Positions 11,262 through 24,107 of a DNA stretch of 64,000 bases are shown here, in pieces. How positions within the stretch are numbered: position 1 is the stretch's first letter; every line of letters begins with the position of its first letter. Source of the stretch: Octopus bimaculoides (lineage: Eukaryota); contig NC_069004.1 of NCBI RefSeq assembly GCF_001194135.2, positions 7,513,758 through 7,577,757 of the forward strand. Direction: 5' to 3'. The translations under genes were made by a program, and so were the position numbers. Under the pieces are notes generated by a model. It was not told the origin of the DNA, searched no databases, and worked only from the letters and a program-made list of their open reading frames with translations.

Positions 11262-12155
11262 GTGCTAATTATATATATANNNNNNNNNNNNNNNNNNNNN
11301 NNNNNNNNNNNNNNNNNNNNNNNNNNNNNNNNNNNNNNNNNNNNNNNNNNNNNNNNNNNNNNNNNNNNNNNNNNNNNNNNNNNNNNNNNNNNNNNNNNNN
11401 NNNNNNNNNNNNNNNNNNNNNNNNNNNNNNNNNNNNNNNNNNNNNNNNNNNNNNNNNNNNNNNNNNNNNNNNNNNNNNNNNNNNNNNNNNNNNNNNNNNN
11501 NNNNNNNNNNNNNNNNNNNNNNNNNNNNNNNNNNNNNNNNNNNNNNNNNNNNNNNNNNNNNNNNNNNNNNNNNNNNNNNNNNNNNNNNNNNNNNNNNNNN
11601 NNNNNNNNNNNNNNNNNNNNNNNNNNNNNNNNNNNNNNNNNNNNNNNNNNNNNNNNNNNNNNNNNNNNNNNNNNNNNNNNNNNNNNNNNNNNNNNNNNNN
11701 NNNNNNNNNNNNNNNNNNNNNNNNNNNNNNNNNNNNNNNNNNNNNNNNNNNNNNNNNNNNNNNNNNNNNNNNNNNNNNNNNNNNNNNNNNNNNNNNNNNN
11801 NNNNNNNNNNNNNNNNNNNNNNNNNNNNNNNNNNNNNNNNNNNNNNNNNNNNNNNNNNNNNNNNNNNNNNNNNNNNNNNNNNNNNNNNNNNNNNNNNNNN
11901 NNNNNNNNNNNNNNNNNNNNNNNNNNNNNNNNNNNNNNNNNNNNNNNNNNNNNNNNNNNNNNNNNNNNNNNNNNNNNNNNNNNNNNNNNNNNNNNNNNNN
12001 NNNNNNNNNNNNNNNNNNNNNNNNNNNNNNNNNNNNNNNNNNNNNNNNNNNNNNNNNNNNNNNNNNNNNNNNNNNNNNNNNNNNNNNNNNNNNNNNNNNN
12101 NNNNNNNNNNNNNNNNNNNNNNNNNNNNNNNNNNNNNNNNNNNNNNNNNNNNNNN

Positions 12156-12269
12156 GTCTGGGTACATGGAGTAGATAAAATCATAACATAAACAATTAAG
12201 TATAAGAAATAATAATTTCTTAAAGTACGTGTTAATCCCAGTGTACCCAGACTTTGTGGACACCCTGTA
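12156..12269. mobile_element. Tc1/mariner-type MITE, left end lost in the gap
   Basis: Inverted GTCTGGGTACA / TGTACCCAGAC, ending TTTGTGGACACCCTG then TA. Confidence 0.75.
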
Positions 12270-13142
12270 TATATATAATGGAATTATGCTGAGAGCACTG
12301 GGTCGATCCATTTGAATGTAGTCATCCTCTAAAATTTGTAGCTTTGCACTTATGTTAGAAATAAATAAGAGGAACAGCAGTTGCTAATTTACCTTTTGGA
12401 ATTTCTTGTTATGGTAAAGGTATATCAATTATAGAGTATCTTCATGTTTCTATTTGAAATGGCTGTTTGTTATACATCAACACGAACGAGGAAACAAAGG
12501 ATGGTTCAAGCGCATGCTATTACAAGTGGCACTTGAAAGAATAATGTATTGATCCTTTCGGTATCAACTGGTTAATCATCGAAGACAGCACGTGTTAGCT
12601 AAATGGAAGAAGGCAATACCAACTTGTTTCTGCCGAGAAACACTATCTAATTAGAAAACAAATACGAGAAACAGAAAGACGGAAATATCAAAATTACGAT
12701 CACGAAGCACTGAAAGAAAACACGATTTATTGAGCATAGCTAAAGAACATAACAAACCAGAAGCTAACGGCACACCGTCCTGTGGGGGTTGAATACGAAC
12801 GATAATTACATTATTGAAAAATACTGTTTGTTAATATCCCATATGATGATTTCGTTTCCGGCAAGAAAGCTTGCAAATAGACAATTTCAACAATATTGTT
12901 TTGAAATGTTGAGTTCGTATATTTTTTGATTTTGTTTTTTGTCTGCTAGACTTTCAATCGTTATACATCTAAAAAGTAAAATTTTTTCAAATTTCAAAGA
13001 TGATAGACAAGATTTTCCTCCTTACAACGCTACAATGAAAAAAAAAAACAACAGAATTTTCGTGTTCATCCAAATAACATTCGAAAGGTTTAATAAAACA
13101 AACAAACCAAAAAAAAAACAACAATTTATGCGACAAAATCCT

Positions 13143-13312
13143 TTCTTGTTTCAGTCACTTAACTGCGGTCCTGCTGGAGCACCACCTTTAGTCGGACCAA
13201 TCGACCCCAGGACATTTTTTGTAACGCCTAGTACTTATTCTGTCGGTGTCTTCTGCCGAGTAGTTAAGTTACGTGGACGTAAACACACCAACACCAGTTG
13301 TCAACCGGTGGT
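13143..13312 (-). mobile_element. SINE family A 3' half
   Basis: TTGTTTCAGTCA..GCTGGAGCACCACC..CGACCCCAGGAC..GTAAACACACCAACACCAGTTGTCAA. Confidence 0.85.
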
Positions 13313-14727
13313 NNNNNNNNNNNNNNNNNNNNNNNNNNNNNNNNNNNNNNNNNNNNNNNNNNNNNNNNNNNNNNNNNNNNNNNNNNNNNNNNNNNNNNNN
13401 NNNNNNNNNNNNNNNNNNNNNNNNNNNNNNNNNNNNNNNNNNNNNNNNNNNNNNNNNNNNNNNNNNNNNNNNNNNNNNNNNNNNNNNNNNNNNNNNNNNN
13501 NNNNNNNNNNNNNNNNNNNNNNNNNNNNNNNNNNNNNNNNNNNNNNNNNNNNNNNNNNNNNNNNNNNNNNNNNNNNNNNNNNNNNNNNNNNNNNNNNNNN
13601 NNNNNNNNNNNNNNNNNNNNNNNNNNNNNNNNNNNNNNNNNNNNNNNNNNNNNNNNNNNNNNNNNNNNNNNNNNNNNNNNNNNNNNNNNNNNNNNNNNNN
13701 NNNNNNNNNNNNNNNNNNNNNNNNNNNNNNNNNNNNNNNNNNNNNNNNNNNNNNNNNNNNNNNNNNNNNNNNNNNNNNNNNNNNNNNNNNNNNNNNNNNN
13801 NNNNNNNNNNNNNNNNNNNNNNNNNNNNNNNNNNNNNNNNNNNNNNNNNNNNNNNNNNNNNNNNNNNNNNNNNNNNNNNNNNNNNNNNNNNNNNNNNGCT
13901 TCAGCATGGGCGCAGTCTAAGGAGGGAAACAAGTAAAATATAACCGATAAAAGGCATGCAAACTTTCGCGTTTCCTTTTCCACTCATTCTTTCTCTCTCT
14001 CTCTCTCTCTCCCTTCATTACTCTTTCGTTCATTCTTTCTTTTCTTTCCCTCCTTCTATCTACCTTTCTTTCTGTCCCCATTTTTCTATCTTTCATTCTT
14101 CTTTCCTTCTTTCTTTCTCTTTCTCTCTCCTCCCCTCTCTCTCACAGAAAACGTCTACGAAATGAAACGCTCGAAATACTTAATCATTGTTGAAAGATCT
14201 TCTTCCATAATTCTATAACTTAATGTAAATATCATAATAACTTACATGTGTTTTTTGTAGCTTATGGACAAAGATCGATTATAAATATTGATCACTGATT
14301 CCTAGTGGTTTAACAACATTTGTATATTTTATATTGATGTACTACATTCGTCGACAAATATTTCACAATGATAAACACCTCATTAGGAAGAAGTCTTAGT
14401 GTTAAGCAATAATTTAACAATAATTTAACGCCATCAATCATTTGTTGAAATATATAATAAACATTTTAGTTTTTATGATATCGCATTGTTTTGGCAGTAG
14501 TTTATTTTGTTCAGTTTCAGGTCAAACTTCTATTGAACAGCAGTATGTCCTTCGTTATATTTTATATCATCTTTATATCATCCAGCGTGTTTATATTAAG
14601 ACAGCTTTGTGTGTTTGTTTTGATTCATTAAGTACAGCGGGAGAAAATCTCTCACGAAATGCCTTTCGTGCTAGAAATAGAAATACATACATGATTATTT
14701 TGATACTCGCTGCTTCTCGTGCTGATA

Positions 14728-14787
<60 letters not shown>

Positions 14788-14789
<2 letters not shown>

Positions 14790-15510
14790 GGCTGAGTAAA
14801 AAGTAAGCAACGTTTTGAAACATGAAATTCAGCACACTATATTTCAACAATGCGGAAATCTTATTCATCGAAGTAAGTCCCATTACAATCAACACATTTT
14901 TGACAACGAGTTACAAGTTTGCTTATTCTGGTAACATAAAAATCTGAAGTTCTGGAGCTGATGAAGCCTTTAAACGTATTTTCAGCATCGGTTTGATTTT
15001 GGAACTCTTTTTCTCGCAGAAAACCATCAAGGCGTTTGAAAGAGTGGTAGTTGGTAGGAGAAAGGTCTGGGGGAATAAGCTGGGTGCGGAAGAACTTCGT
15101 AGCCAAGTTCTCTCAACTTCTGGAGTCTCGTTAGTGAAACGTGTGGTCGATCATTGTCATGAAGAATGATTAGCCTTCTTCTGTTGACCAGTCTGGGAGG
15201 GTGGAGTAGCAATTTTTCATTCATTTTGGTAATTCCATGGCAATATGTTTCTGCAGTAATGGTTTTACCGGGTTTTAAGAAGTTATAGTGGATGAGTCCA
15301 GCAGTACACCACCAAACAATCACCATAGCCTTCTTTCTGAAGAGCTTGAGTTTAGGGAAGGCTTTCGGTGCTTCATTTTGGTTTCAACCACTACGAAGAA
15401 CCTTTTTTATTATTGTACAGAATCCACTTTTCATCGCAAGTTACAATACGGTTGAGAAATGGATCGGTCTGCTTAAGGAGAAGAAGCGACGAGCAAATTC
15501 CATATCGGTG
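14788..15510 (-). mobile_element. Mariner (D,D34D-type) transposase pseudogene, catalytic half plus 3' terminus
   Basis: Frameshifted motifs RIVTCDEKWILYNN, VWWCTAGLIHYNFL, LHDNDRPH, HPAYSP/DLSPTNYH and QKCVDCNGTYFDE*. Terminus abuts a (TA)n run. Confidence 0.92.
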
Positions 15511-16330
15511 TGTTGTTGCATGCTTACGTGCGAGTTGCTCACTTTTGAAGAGGACCTCGATGCTGGCATACTGTCTGCCTCTTTGTAAGCAGGTCACGTC
15601 TTCTAAGATGTCCTTAAAAACTTCCTCCACTTGACATACAGATGGTACATCTGCTCGCCTGCTCTTGCGTGAGATACATTTAAAATAAATAGTTTATTCC
15701 CCCTTCATTTCCAATAATTCAGGCGGTACAGGAAGCGCTGCCCTTACCCACCTCAATTTTTATAATATTTTTGGCTTGGGCCAATTCTATTACCTTTTAT
15801 CAAGGGCCTGTGGAAACATTTCTTTTTTAAAGCTGGCTACGTCGGAAAATTTATTAAAATTCGTAGAATTATTGTTTAGGTCGGTGTTCTTTACATCATT
15901 TAATTTTGTCGTTGCGTTGGTGATTTCTGTTTCCAGCTGTCAATACTTGTCGTACAGGTGTTACTGTTATTTCGACTATCTTCTGTATTTTGCTTTTCCG
16001 TCTACGCATTCCTGCTGTTGCTGCTACTGATTTCACAATACTTAGGCTGTTGTTGTTGTTTTTGTTGTTGTCACTGGGAGTGAGTGATATGATGGGGATG
16101 AATCTTCTGTGGGAGGGCTGGCGGGAGGAACGCCTTTCCTCTTCAACGCTCCCATGGTAGTCGCTGATGCCGATGGTAATGGTGATGATGACTACACCGT
16201 CTTGTTTGTTTGTGTTTTTATTTTTTTTGGCACAAGATGGGGCGTTTTCTGAGTGCAACGGATAATTAAATGAATAAATGCTGCGCATTACAGCGGAGAA
16301 ACAACCACGGGACACCTGCCAAATGGTGTT
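15511..16330 (-). mobile_element. Decayed 5' portion (ORF1-like) of an L1/Tx1-type LINE
   Basis: ATG at 16155 is in frame, with many stops, through Q/T-rich sequence to VEEVFKDILEDVTCLQRGRQYASIEVLFKSEQLARKHATT. The family assignment is inference. Confidence 0.55.
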
Positions 16331-16470
16331 CTAATTAACAGTTTATAACAAACATTTATAGCATATATTTGTAAAGATAGGATGAAAGATAGTTTAAAGC
16401 ATAACTTACGAAGCGTGTTCGAAAGAACCTCTGTCGCATTTCGCAGCGAATAATAATAATAATAATAATA

Positions 16471-16640
16471 ATTTTCTTATGGTTTCTTAAACATTCTCTA
16501 GAACAACGCTATGTACAAATCCAAATATATGGTACCCTAGGCATAACACCTACATGAACTAACTTGTTGTCTCTTGAGGTCTCTGGATGAGACTTGGATC
16601 CAACTTGTACAAATGCAAAGCAAAAGTCAAAGTCAAACAT
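16471..16640 (+). mobile_element. Probable 5'-truncated LINE 3' UTR (R4/Dong-like) inside (TAA)n
   Basis: Unique roughly 170-bp segment with (TAA)n on both sides. Identity is inferred from recall. Confidence 0.45.
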
Positions 16641-17470
16641 AAAATAATAATAATAATAATAATAGCAATAATAATAATAGCAATAATAATGATAATAACA
16701 CTAAGGCAAGATCAACAAAATAGTTCTCTATCCAGTGATAAATAAACCTCACATGATTTAAAGATAAGAACTGCCTAGATAAATGTCTTAATAGCAAGAG
16801 ACTGTTAGTAGCTCTTCTCTTATCTTTATATAATGTGTACAATAAATAATATATATATATATATGCATTTATGTAGGCAGGCATCTATTTACACTCCAGT
16901 GTACACGAATGCACGTGCTGATATATATAAAGTTAAATAGATGCTCGCCTGTATGCTCACTTAGATATACATGCACACGAGAATAACAAATGTTACACAA
17001 AGAAAGATGCCATCTCGAACATCTGAGTCTTCTATTTGTTTCTAAATTTCACGTTTCTCGAGCATTTGCGTTCCTATCCGCTTGTTTTATTTTTCTACAT
17101 TCTCTCTTCTATGTATATAACATCGATTGGTTCACCCATACAAACACAATATCATCCTTCAGTTCCACTGACAAAAAAATCTATTTATTCGATAAACTCT
17201 TTCTTTTGAACATTTTCAAGAAAGGACCCCTTTTTTTAGCACAGGTTTGCCATTTTCTATTTATTATTTCTCCAGTGCTTTCATTATAAAGCTGAGTATG
17301 TTTATATACTTTTAACGTCCACCCAAGCATGCAAAATATAATATCCACTCAAAGTCCAGTATTAAATACAAAGTCTTTTTATGAAGTTTCCTGGATTTGT
17401 TTCTTTTGTTAAAGAGACCATTTAATATTAAAAAAAAAATGTATTGAAATATAGGCTGTGGTTTCTCTTT

Positions 17471-17670
17471 GTTGTTGTTGTTTTTGGCACTCCGTCGCTT
17501 ACGACGTCGAGGGTTCCAGTTGATCCGATCAACAGAACAGCCTGCTTGTGAAATTAACGTGCAAGTGGCTGAGCATTCCACAGACACGTGTACCCTTAAC
17601 GTAGTTCTCGGGGATATTCAGCGTGACACAGTGTGACAAGGCTGACCCTTTGAATTACAGGTACAACAGA
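17471..17670 (-). mobile_element. SINE family C (OK-like) 3' part, truncated by the gap
   Basis: Nearly identical to 57941-58130, with a (CAA)n tail. Confidence 0.92.
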
Positions 17671-19316
17671 NNNNNNNNNNNNNNNNNNNNNNNNNNNNNN
17701 NNNNNNNNNNNNNNNNNNNNNNNNNNNNNNNNNNNNNNNNNNNNNNNNNNNNNNNNNNNNNNNNNNNNNNNNNNNNNNNNNNNNNNNNNNNNNNNNNNNN
17801 NNNNNNNNNNNNNNNNNNNNNNNNNNNNNNNNNNNNNNNNNNNNNNNNNNNNNNNNNNNNNNNNNNNNNNNNNNNNNNNNNNNNNNNNNNNNNNNNNNNN
17901 NNNNNNNNNNNNNNNNNNNNNNNNNNNNNNNNNNNNNNNNNNNNNNNNNNNNNNNNNNNNNNNNNNNNNNNNNNNNNNNNNNNNNNNNNNNNNNNNNNNN
18001 NNNNNNNNNNNNNACACGCACACACGCACACACACACGCACACACACACACACACACGCACACACACCTCTATATATGTAGATTTAGATCTATCTATCAA
18101 CGAATCTATCCATCTATCTTCTCTCTGTCTATCTATTTCTCTATATACCTCTATCTCAGTCTGCCTGTCACACAAAGAAAAGAAGTTTTAAAGTGGCTGC
18201 TAACATATTTAATTTGGAGACAAAAGTAATTTTTAATTAATATGAATGACCCATTTAAAAGAAAAGAGAAAAAAAATTACATTATTGATCCTGGTAACGA
18301 AAGGTAGGAGGGTAACTCCAGCATTTAAGTTAATTAAACTCAATTTAATATAGAAAGCAATGAGAAATGAGAGCTTTCACGGCCGAACTCTGTTGTTAAT
18401 TAATTAAAAATTACACAAATTAACATTTGCATTGAATATAATAGGTTAACTAATTCCTAATATTGCAATTAACCTTATCAACGAATTTATACTCCCTCTT
18501 AATAAGGTCCTAATAATCAATTCATTAGAATAAAACCTTGCCAAACAAAAAGGAAACCCATAAAATACCTTATTAGAGATATCGAAATTAATCCTAGGAA
18601 ATGGCATCTAATTAGGAGCTCCCTTGACATTCCGAATATCTGTAAAATTATATTTCAAGGTGTCAGCCCCAAATTTCTTGAGCAAAATTATGCATTTACA
18701 TCATATTTTCTCCTCATTACAGATGCAATATTAAATAATCAATGCTCTCTGCTTCACTAAATTCTTTATGTTATTAATTATATTATTAATTATGTTAACA
18801 TGTCCACTATTATCAATTCCACACATGCAAACGAAGGCGCTAATGATGATTCCTGCTTTAATTAGTTTGCAGAAGTCTGTATATCCTATCATAACTACCA
18901 CAATCACATGTAATTTCCTCAATAAATATAAATGGTAAGTATCCAATTAAAATAATGCCGAGTAATTATTTAATGAATGTTTATTTAGTGTACCGGGCTA
19001 AATTAAAATCCCCCAATCGATCTTGGAAAGGTATTAGTACATACAAATCCTGAAATAAACTAACATGAAATTATGGATGGTGGCTCTTTATAGTTACAAG
19101 ACCAGCAAGAAATAGCAACTAAATCACATACTGTCTTAAAAAGGAAGATACATATTGAATAATATTCTGATTTGAAATGATTGAACGAAGAATGGGATTT
19201 TTTTTCCTCCATTAGTTATGTGGAATAGTCTGCAGCTGTGTTCTTTCTAGGATATATAAGCCTTATTAAAGGGCATAATTCTTTTCTTCTCATAAGCCCG
19301 ATGCGAATGTAACTGT

Positions 19317-19397
19317 TATCCCGATGAAGGGGTCATTGCCGGATTACACCTTGGTGTATTGAACTACGGTAGTGAACTCCTGAAATGGCCATAGGTA
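19317..19397 (+). ncRNA. Type I hammerhead ribozyme variant (U4->C)
   Basis: TATC-CCGATGA-AGGGGT..ACTCCT-GAA-ATGGCCAT-A-GGTA. 4-bp stem I, 6-bp stem II, palindromic stem III. Confidence 0.6.
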
Positions 19398-19459
19398 CTT
19401 GTGTGTGTTGCTTTTTGACCGGTTTGTTTTTATTAACGTTTGAATGATTTTGCGAATAG

Positions 19460-19925
19460 AGACAACTTTTCGCCAGCGTGCTAACAATTCAGCCATTTGC
19501 CTCATTGCTCTATGTTAAATAAGGACTACAAATTTAGGAGCAAGACCAGTAATCACAAAAAGGGGTTTAAGTCGATATCATTGACTCCAATGCTGAACCG
19601 GTATATATTTTACGGTAAAAAGCGAAGTCGAACTTGACAGAATTTGAACGTAGTGAGTCGGGACAAATGTCACTTAACATTTTTGTCCGATGCTCTAACG
19701 GCGCCCTATTCTCTGTTAAATAATCCTTACTTCTATAGGAACAAGGTCTGAAATTTTGTGTGGGGAGGGGGCTAGTCTATTACATCGGTCCTAGTGTTCA
19801 ACTGGTACTTATTTCATCGACCCAGGAAAGATGAAATGCAAAATAGACCGCAACAGAATTGAACTAAAGATCCACGAGAAATGCCGTTATATATTTTGTC
19901 CAACGTTATCGATTTTGCCAGCACA
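19460..19925 (-). mobile_element. Cluster of tandem SINE family B copies (head fragment plus two units)
   Basis: Repeated GTCGA..GAATTTGAAC..ATGC..TAAC units. Confidence 0.75.
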
Positions 19926-20858
19926 CAGTCTTTGTTAAATGATAGCCAGAAGAAAGAACCGTATCTTGTTGCCGGGTATAGGGTGCAAAGATAAAGTGCA
20001 AATTTGGCATAAATAACTGGTTTCATGTTAAAGATAGAATATCTGAAGAAAAGTTTTATGCTGAGAAGAAATGACCCAATGCAAATCAAATTCTACCGAC
20101 GCAGATAGTTCCTATTTATTGAAATGTTGACAGATGAGGTTTCTACTGGGAGTTCATTTTTTTAATGTGTTTTATGGCTTAAAGGATTAAAAGAAAAATG
20201 CTTCTAGGATGAAAAAGATAGTTTAATAATTCAAATAAAGTACTTTGTTTTTGATAGGAAGAATATGTTAGAAATGTGAAAAAAGGCATCGGAAACAAAG
20301 AAGAAAACAGAATATTTGATTTAAGGGAAAGATACAGGAACTAAATTACTTTATATACTTTATACAGTTTTTAAGAGCATAAAACCCCTCGAAGATATTT
20401 TGTTGCTCTGCTTTTTTGTAATGTGGCAAGCATAAAAACATATGTATAGGAAATATGGCACCATACATATTGAAAGATATTCGTGGAATAGGAAAATTAC
20501 ATTAATAAAATAAGTCATTATTAACTTCACTTTATTTCAGCAATGTATTTGAGAGGAGAGCTGGATGTTAAACAATTCTATCTTTCTTCTTTTATAAATA
20601 TCAGATTTCGTTCCTATGTAAGAAATCAATGCTAACAAATAGAGTTTGCTTCGTGCTGCATGTATTTGCGTTATTAGTTACGCCAAGCGATTTCAAGTGT
20701 TCTCAGCGGAGAATCGTAATTCGCTTCTCCCTACAACATAAAATGGAAATGCACGTGTCGCTTCCATGTCTAACATTCGTTGCGTTGTCATATGAAATAA
20801 ATCTATTTCCCCACAAGACTGAGCTATTTCTTATCTATCTATTCATCTCTCTCTCTTC

Positions 20859-20893
<35 letters not shown>

Positions 20894-21104
20894 NNNNNNN
20901 NNNNNNNNNNNNNNNNNNNNNNNNNNTGTATATATATACATATATATGTATATATATACATATATATGTATATATATACATATATATGTATCTGTGTCTG
21001 GCAGGCCAGGTATCTATCTATCTATCTGTCTGTCTGTCTGTCTTTACATACTTACATAATTTATATTATACTATACTATATCATATATTATATTTGATTA
21101 TATT

Positions 21105-21700
21105 GACCAGCGAGTAGGAAATTGGCAGGACTAAAAGAGCAGCAAGCAAAATATAATGCAGTATTTAGATAAGTATCTATCCGTTCTGAGATCGAACCTC
21201 GCCCAAGTCAATTTTGCTGTTCACTCCTTAGAAGTCGATGAAATGCAATACAAATCAAGTATTGAAGTAGACTAAAATCGAATATCGCTTTTCCTTAAAT
21301 ATCAGGTGTTGTACGGATGTTAGAAATCTTATTTTGAGCAGAGGACGATGGATAGCAGAATCTATACAGCGCCGGGCATAATGTATTGATCTACGAACTT
21401 TTACGTTACCAGTTCAAATCCCGCGTTGACCTACTTTACCTACCAGTCCTCCAGGGTCGATGAGCTACTGGCTAAGTCAGAGTGGTGGGCTGGCAGAATC
21501 ATTAGCACACAGGACAAAATGCTTAGCGACGTGTCTTCCAGTTTTAGGTTCTGAGTTCAAATCCTACCGAGGTCAAGTTTGCCTTTCAACCCGTTTTAGG
21601 GCCGATAAAAAGTAAGTACCAGTTGAGCACTTGGGTCAATATAGTCGACAAACACTCTTCTCCAGCATTTCAGGCCTTGTACCTATAGTTGAAAGAGTGG
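21105..21700 (+). mobile_element. Three degenerate tandem SINE family B copies
   Basis: TTCTGAGATCGAAC (21185), GTTCAAATCCC (21413) and TTCTGAGTTCAAATCC (21549) with downstream family motifs. Confidence 0.7.
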
Positions 21701-21784
21701 TTATGGTATCGTTGCGGACGTAGGAATGGAAAACAACGAGGGAACAAATGTGAGTTTAAGTAGTTGGGGATTTCACCATGCTGT

Positions 21785-21837
21785 TCAGAGTTCCGTCTGA
21801 CTGTTTGACACCTTATGCGAGGGCCCCTTACCATAAC
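21785..21837 (-). CDS. Candidate terminal coding exon (G)YGKGPSHKVSNSQTEL*
   Basis: Acceptor TTTCATACACTTTCCAG, phase-1 open frame ending in a class I PDZ-ligand-like T-E-L. No upstream exon established. Confidence 0.25.
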
Positions 21838-21916
21838 CTGGAAAGTGTATGAAACCCTGTGGCATATGTATGCGGATATACAAAATATATACACACGCAT
21901 ATAAATATATCTATTA

Positions 21917-22290
21917 TCTTTTACTTGTTTCAGTCATTGCACTTTGCCCATGCTAGGGCACCCTCTTCAAAGGTTTAGTCAATTCGGTCCCAGTACTTAT
22001 TTATTTTTAAGCTTGTCACTTATTCTATCACGTTCTATTCGCTTTGTTGCTAAGTTACGAGATCGTAAACAAACAAACACCGGTTGTCGAGCTGTGGTGA
22101 GGACAAATACAAATGTGAATGTATATACGACGGGATTCTTTCAGTCTCCATCAACTAAATTCACTAGCAACGCTTTTGGTTGCCGGAGCTATTCTAGAAA
22201 GACTTGTCCAAGGTGCGACATAGTGGGAGTGAATCCAGAACCATGTGATTTTGAACATAGGACTTCGTGATTGCAAACCATGTGGCAAGA
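21917..22290 (-). mobile_element. SINE family A, near full length, degenerate
   Basis: Both halves are present with a short internal spacer. Confidence 0.85.
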
Positions 22291-22507
22291 CTACGATACA
22301 TACACATAGTGTGTGTGTGTGTGTGCTGAAGACTTGTAAACAGCGAAAGCCCTTAATACACTAAGAAAATCTTCCAAAGATAGCCAGTCAGTCTGTTTTT
22401 AATTTAATATATTTTTAATGTAATTAATAATATTTAATTTAAGAAAATATTCAGCTACTATTATTTAAAGAATTGTTTACATTCTTAAACACGCACACAC
22501 ATAAACA

Positions 22508-22538
<31 letters not shown>

Positions 22539-22992
22539 NNNNNNNNNNNNNNNNNNNNNNNNNNNNNNNNNNNNNNNNNNNNNNNNNNNNNNNNNNNNNN
22601 NNNNNNNNNNNNNNNNNNNNNNNNNNNNNNNNNNNNNNNNNNNNNNNNNNNNNNNNNNNNNNNNNNNNNNNNNNNNNNNNNNNNNNNNNNNNNNNNNNNN
22701 NNNNNNNNNNNNNNNNNNNNNNNNNNNNNNNNNNNNNNNNNNNNNNNNNNNNNNNNNNNNNNNNNNNNNNNNNNNNNNNNNNNNNNNNNNNNNNNNNNNN
22801 NNNNNNNNNNNNNNNNNNNNNNNNNNNNNNNNNNNNNNNNNNNNNNNNNNNNNNNNNNNNNNNNNNNNNNNNNNNNNNNNNNNNNNNNNNNNNNNNNNNN
22901 NNNNNNNNNNNNNNNNNNNNNNNNNNNNNNNNNNNNNNNNNNNNNNNNNNNNNNNNNNNNNNNNNNNNNNNNNNNNNNNNNNNNNNNNNNNN

Positions 22993-23029
<37 letters not shown>

Positions 23030-23627
23030 TATACATATACACATGCACACACATACAAATATAAGGCTAAGTAAGGTAAATATACTAAATTAATTAAAGT
23101 AATAAAATTTCTACTTAATAGGAAGACAAAAGTGGAATATATGCAGATTAAAGGAAAATAGAAAATGGCAGTAAATCTGCTGAAATGAGCTTCCATAGAT
23201 TCGGATAGAAGAAGAGAAATACTAGACGCGGAGGACACAACAAAAATATATAAATTATTGAGGGAAGTTTGGAATAAATAAAAAGATAGGAGATAATTAA
23301 TTAATGAAACTAATATTATATGTACAATTTAAATGTTGACTATACAAATCTATATATTCATATGTACTAATAATTCTTCATATTATATTCATATATATAA
23401 ATATATATGAATATATATAAATATGTATGCATATACGCACAGACACACACACACATATATACATACTTATACATACACATAAGTACACATATGTGCAGAC
23501 ATGCCTACGGATATATCGAATATAGAAGAAAAACAATAAATTATGTTATTTAATCTATTTAATAAACATATATATTTACACATAAAAAGATACTCCCACA
23601 TAAATTTATATGCATATATACACAACA

Positions 23628-23747
23628 TCGGCACAGGAGTGACTGTGTGGTAAGTAACTTGCTTACCAATCACATGGTCCCAGGTTCACTCCCACTGCGT
23701 GGCACCTTGGGCAAGTATCTTCTGCTATAGCATCGGGCGGACCAAAC
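23628..23747 (+). mobile_element. SINE family A 5' portion
   Basis: GGCACAGGAGTGACTGTGTGGTAAGTAAC..GGCACCTTGGGCAAGTATCTTC. Confidence 0.9.
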
Positions 23748-24107
23748 CCCCCCTCTCTCTCTCTCTCTCTATTTATCTATCTATCTATTTATCTTATAAC
23801 TAAACGTCTCCCATTATCAGCACTCCGAGTCTCTCGTTTCCGGTTATCACCTGGTAAACCAAGCCCCGTTGTCTTCTGAATATCCACTGACTGAACAATT
23901 TTTGAAACACGGAATAAAGTTCTAAAGGAAATGCTTATCCTTTTGTTCCTTCCTTTGTGAACGACACATGCGAAAACGGCTGCATCGAGCTTACGCTTTT
24001 GATCTCATTTCTAGTTCCCGTGGTATTTTCTTTCCGGAAACCTCATAAACTCCATATAATCGAAGTCTTGAAATTGCGTTGCGATGTAAATAATGTCCAC
24101 CAGCGGA

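Noticed and set aside
11225-12311. ORFs over 300 aa, and all similar X-filled ORFs
   Set aside because: They are open only because they cross N gaps.
12470-12790. Possible IS630/Tc1-like transposase remnant (GWFKRML..HRRQH..KHDLLSIAKEHNKP)
   Set aside because: Similarity by eye is too weak to call without a profile search.
14640-14680. CACGAAA/TTTCGTG hairpin followed by CTAG, like a Helitron 3' end
   Set aside because: CTAG is followed by A rather than T, the spacing is atypical and no 5' end was found.
18723-18935. Good acceptor at 18722 and ATG|GTAAGT donor on the plus strand
   Set aside because: All frames from the acceptor are closed. It could be non-coding, but there is no support.
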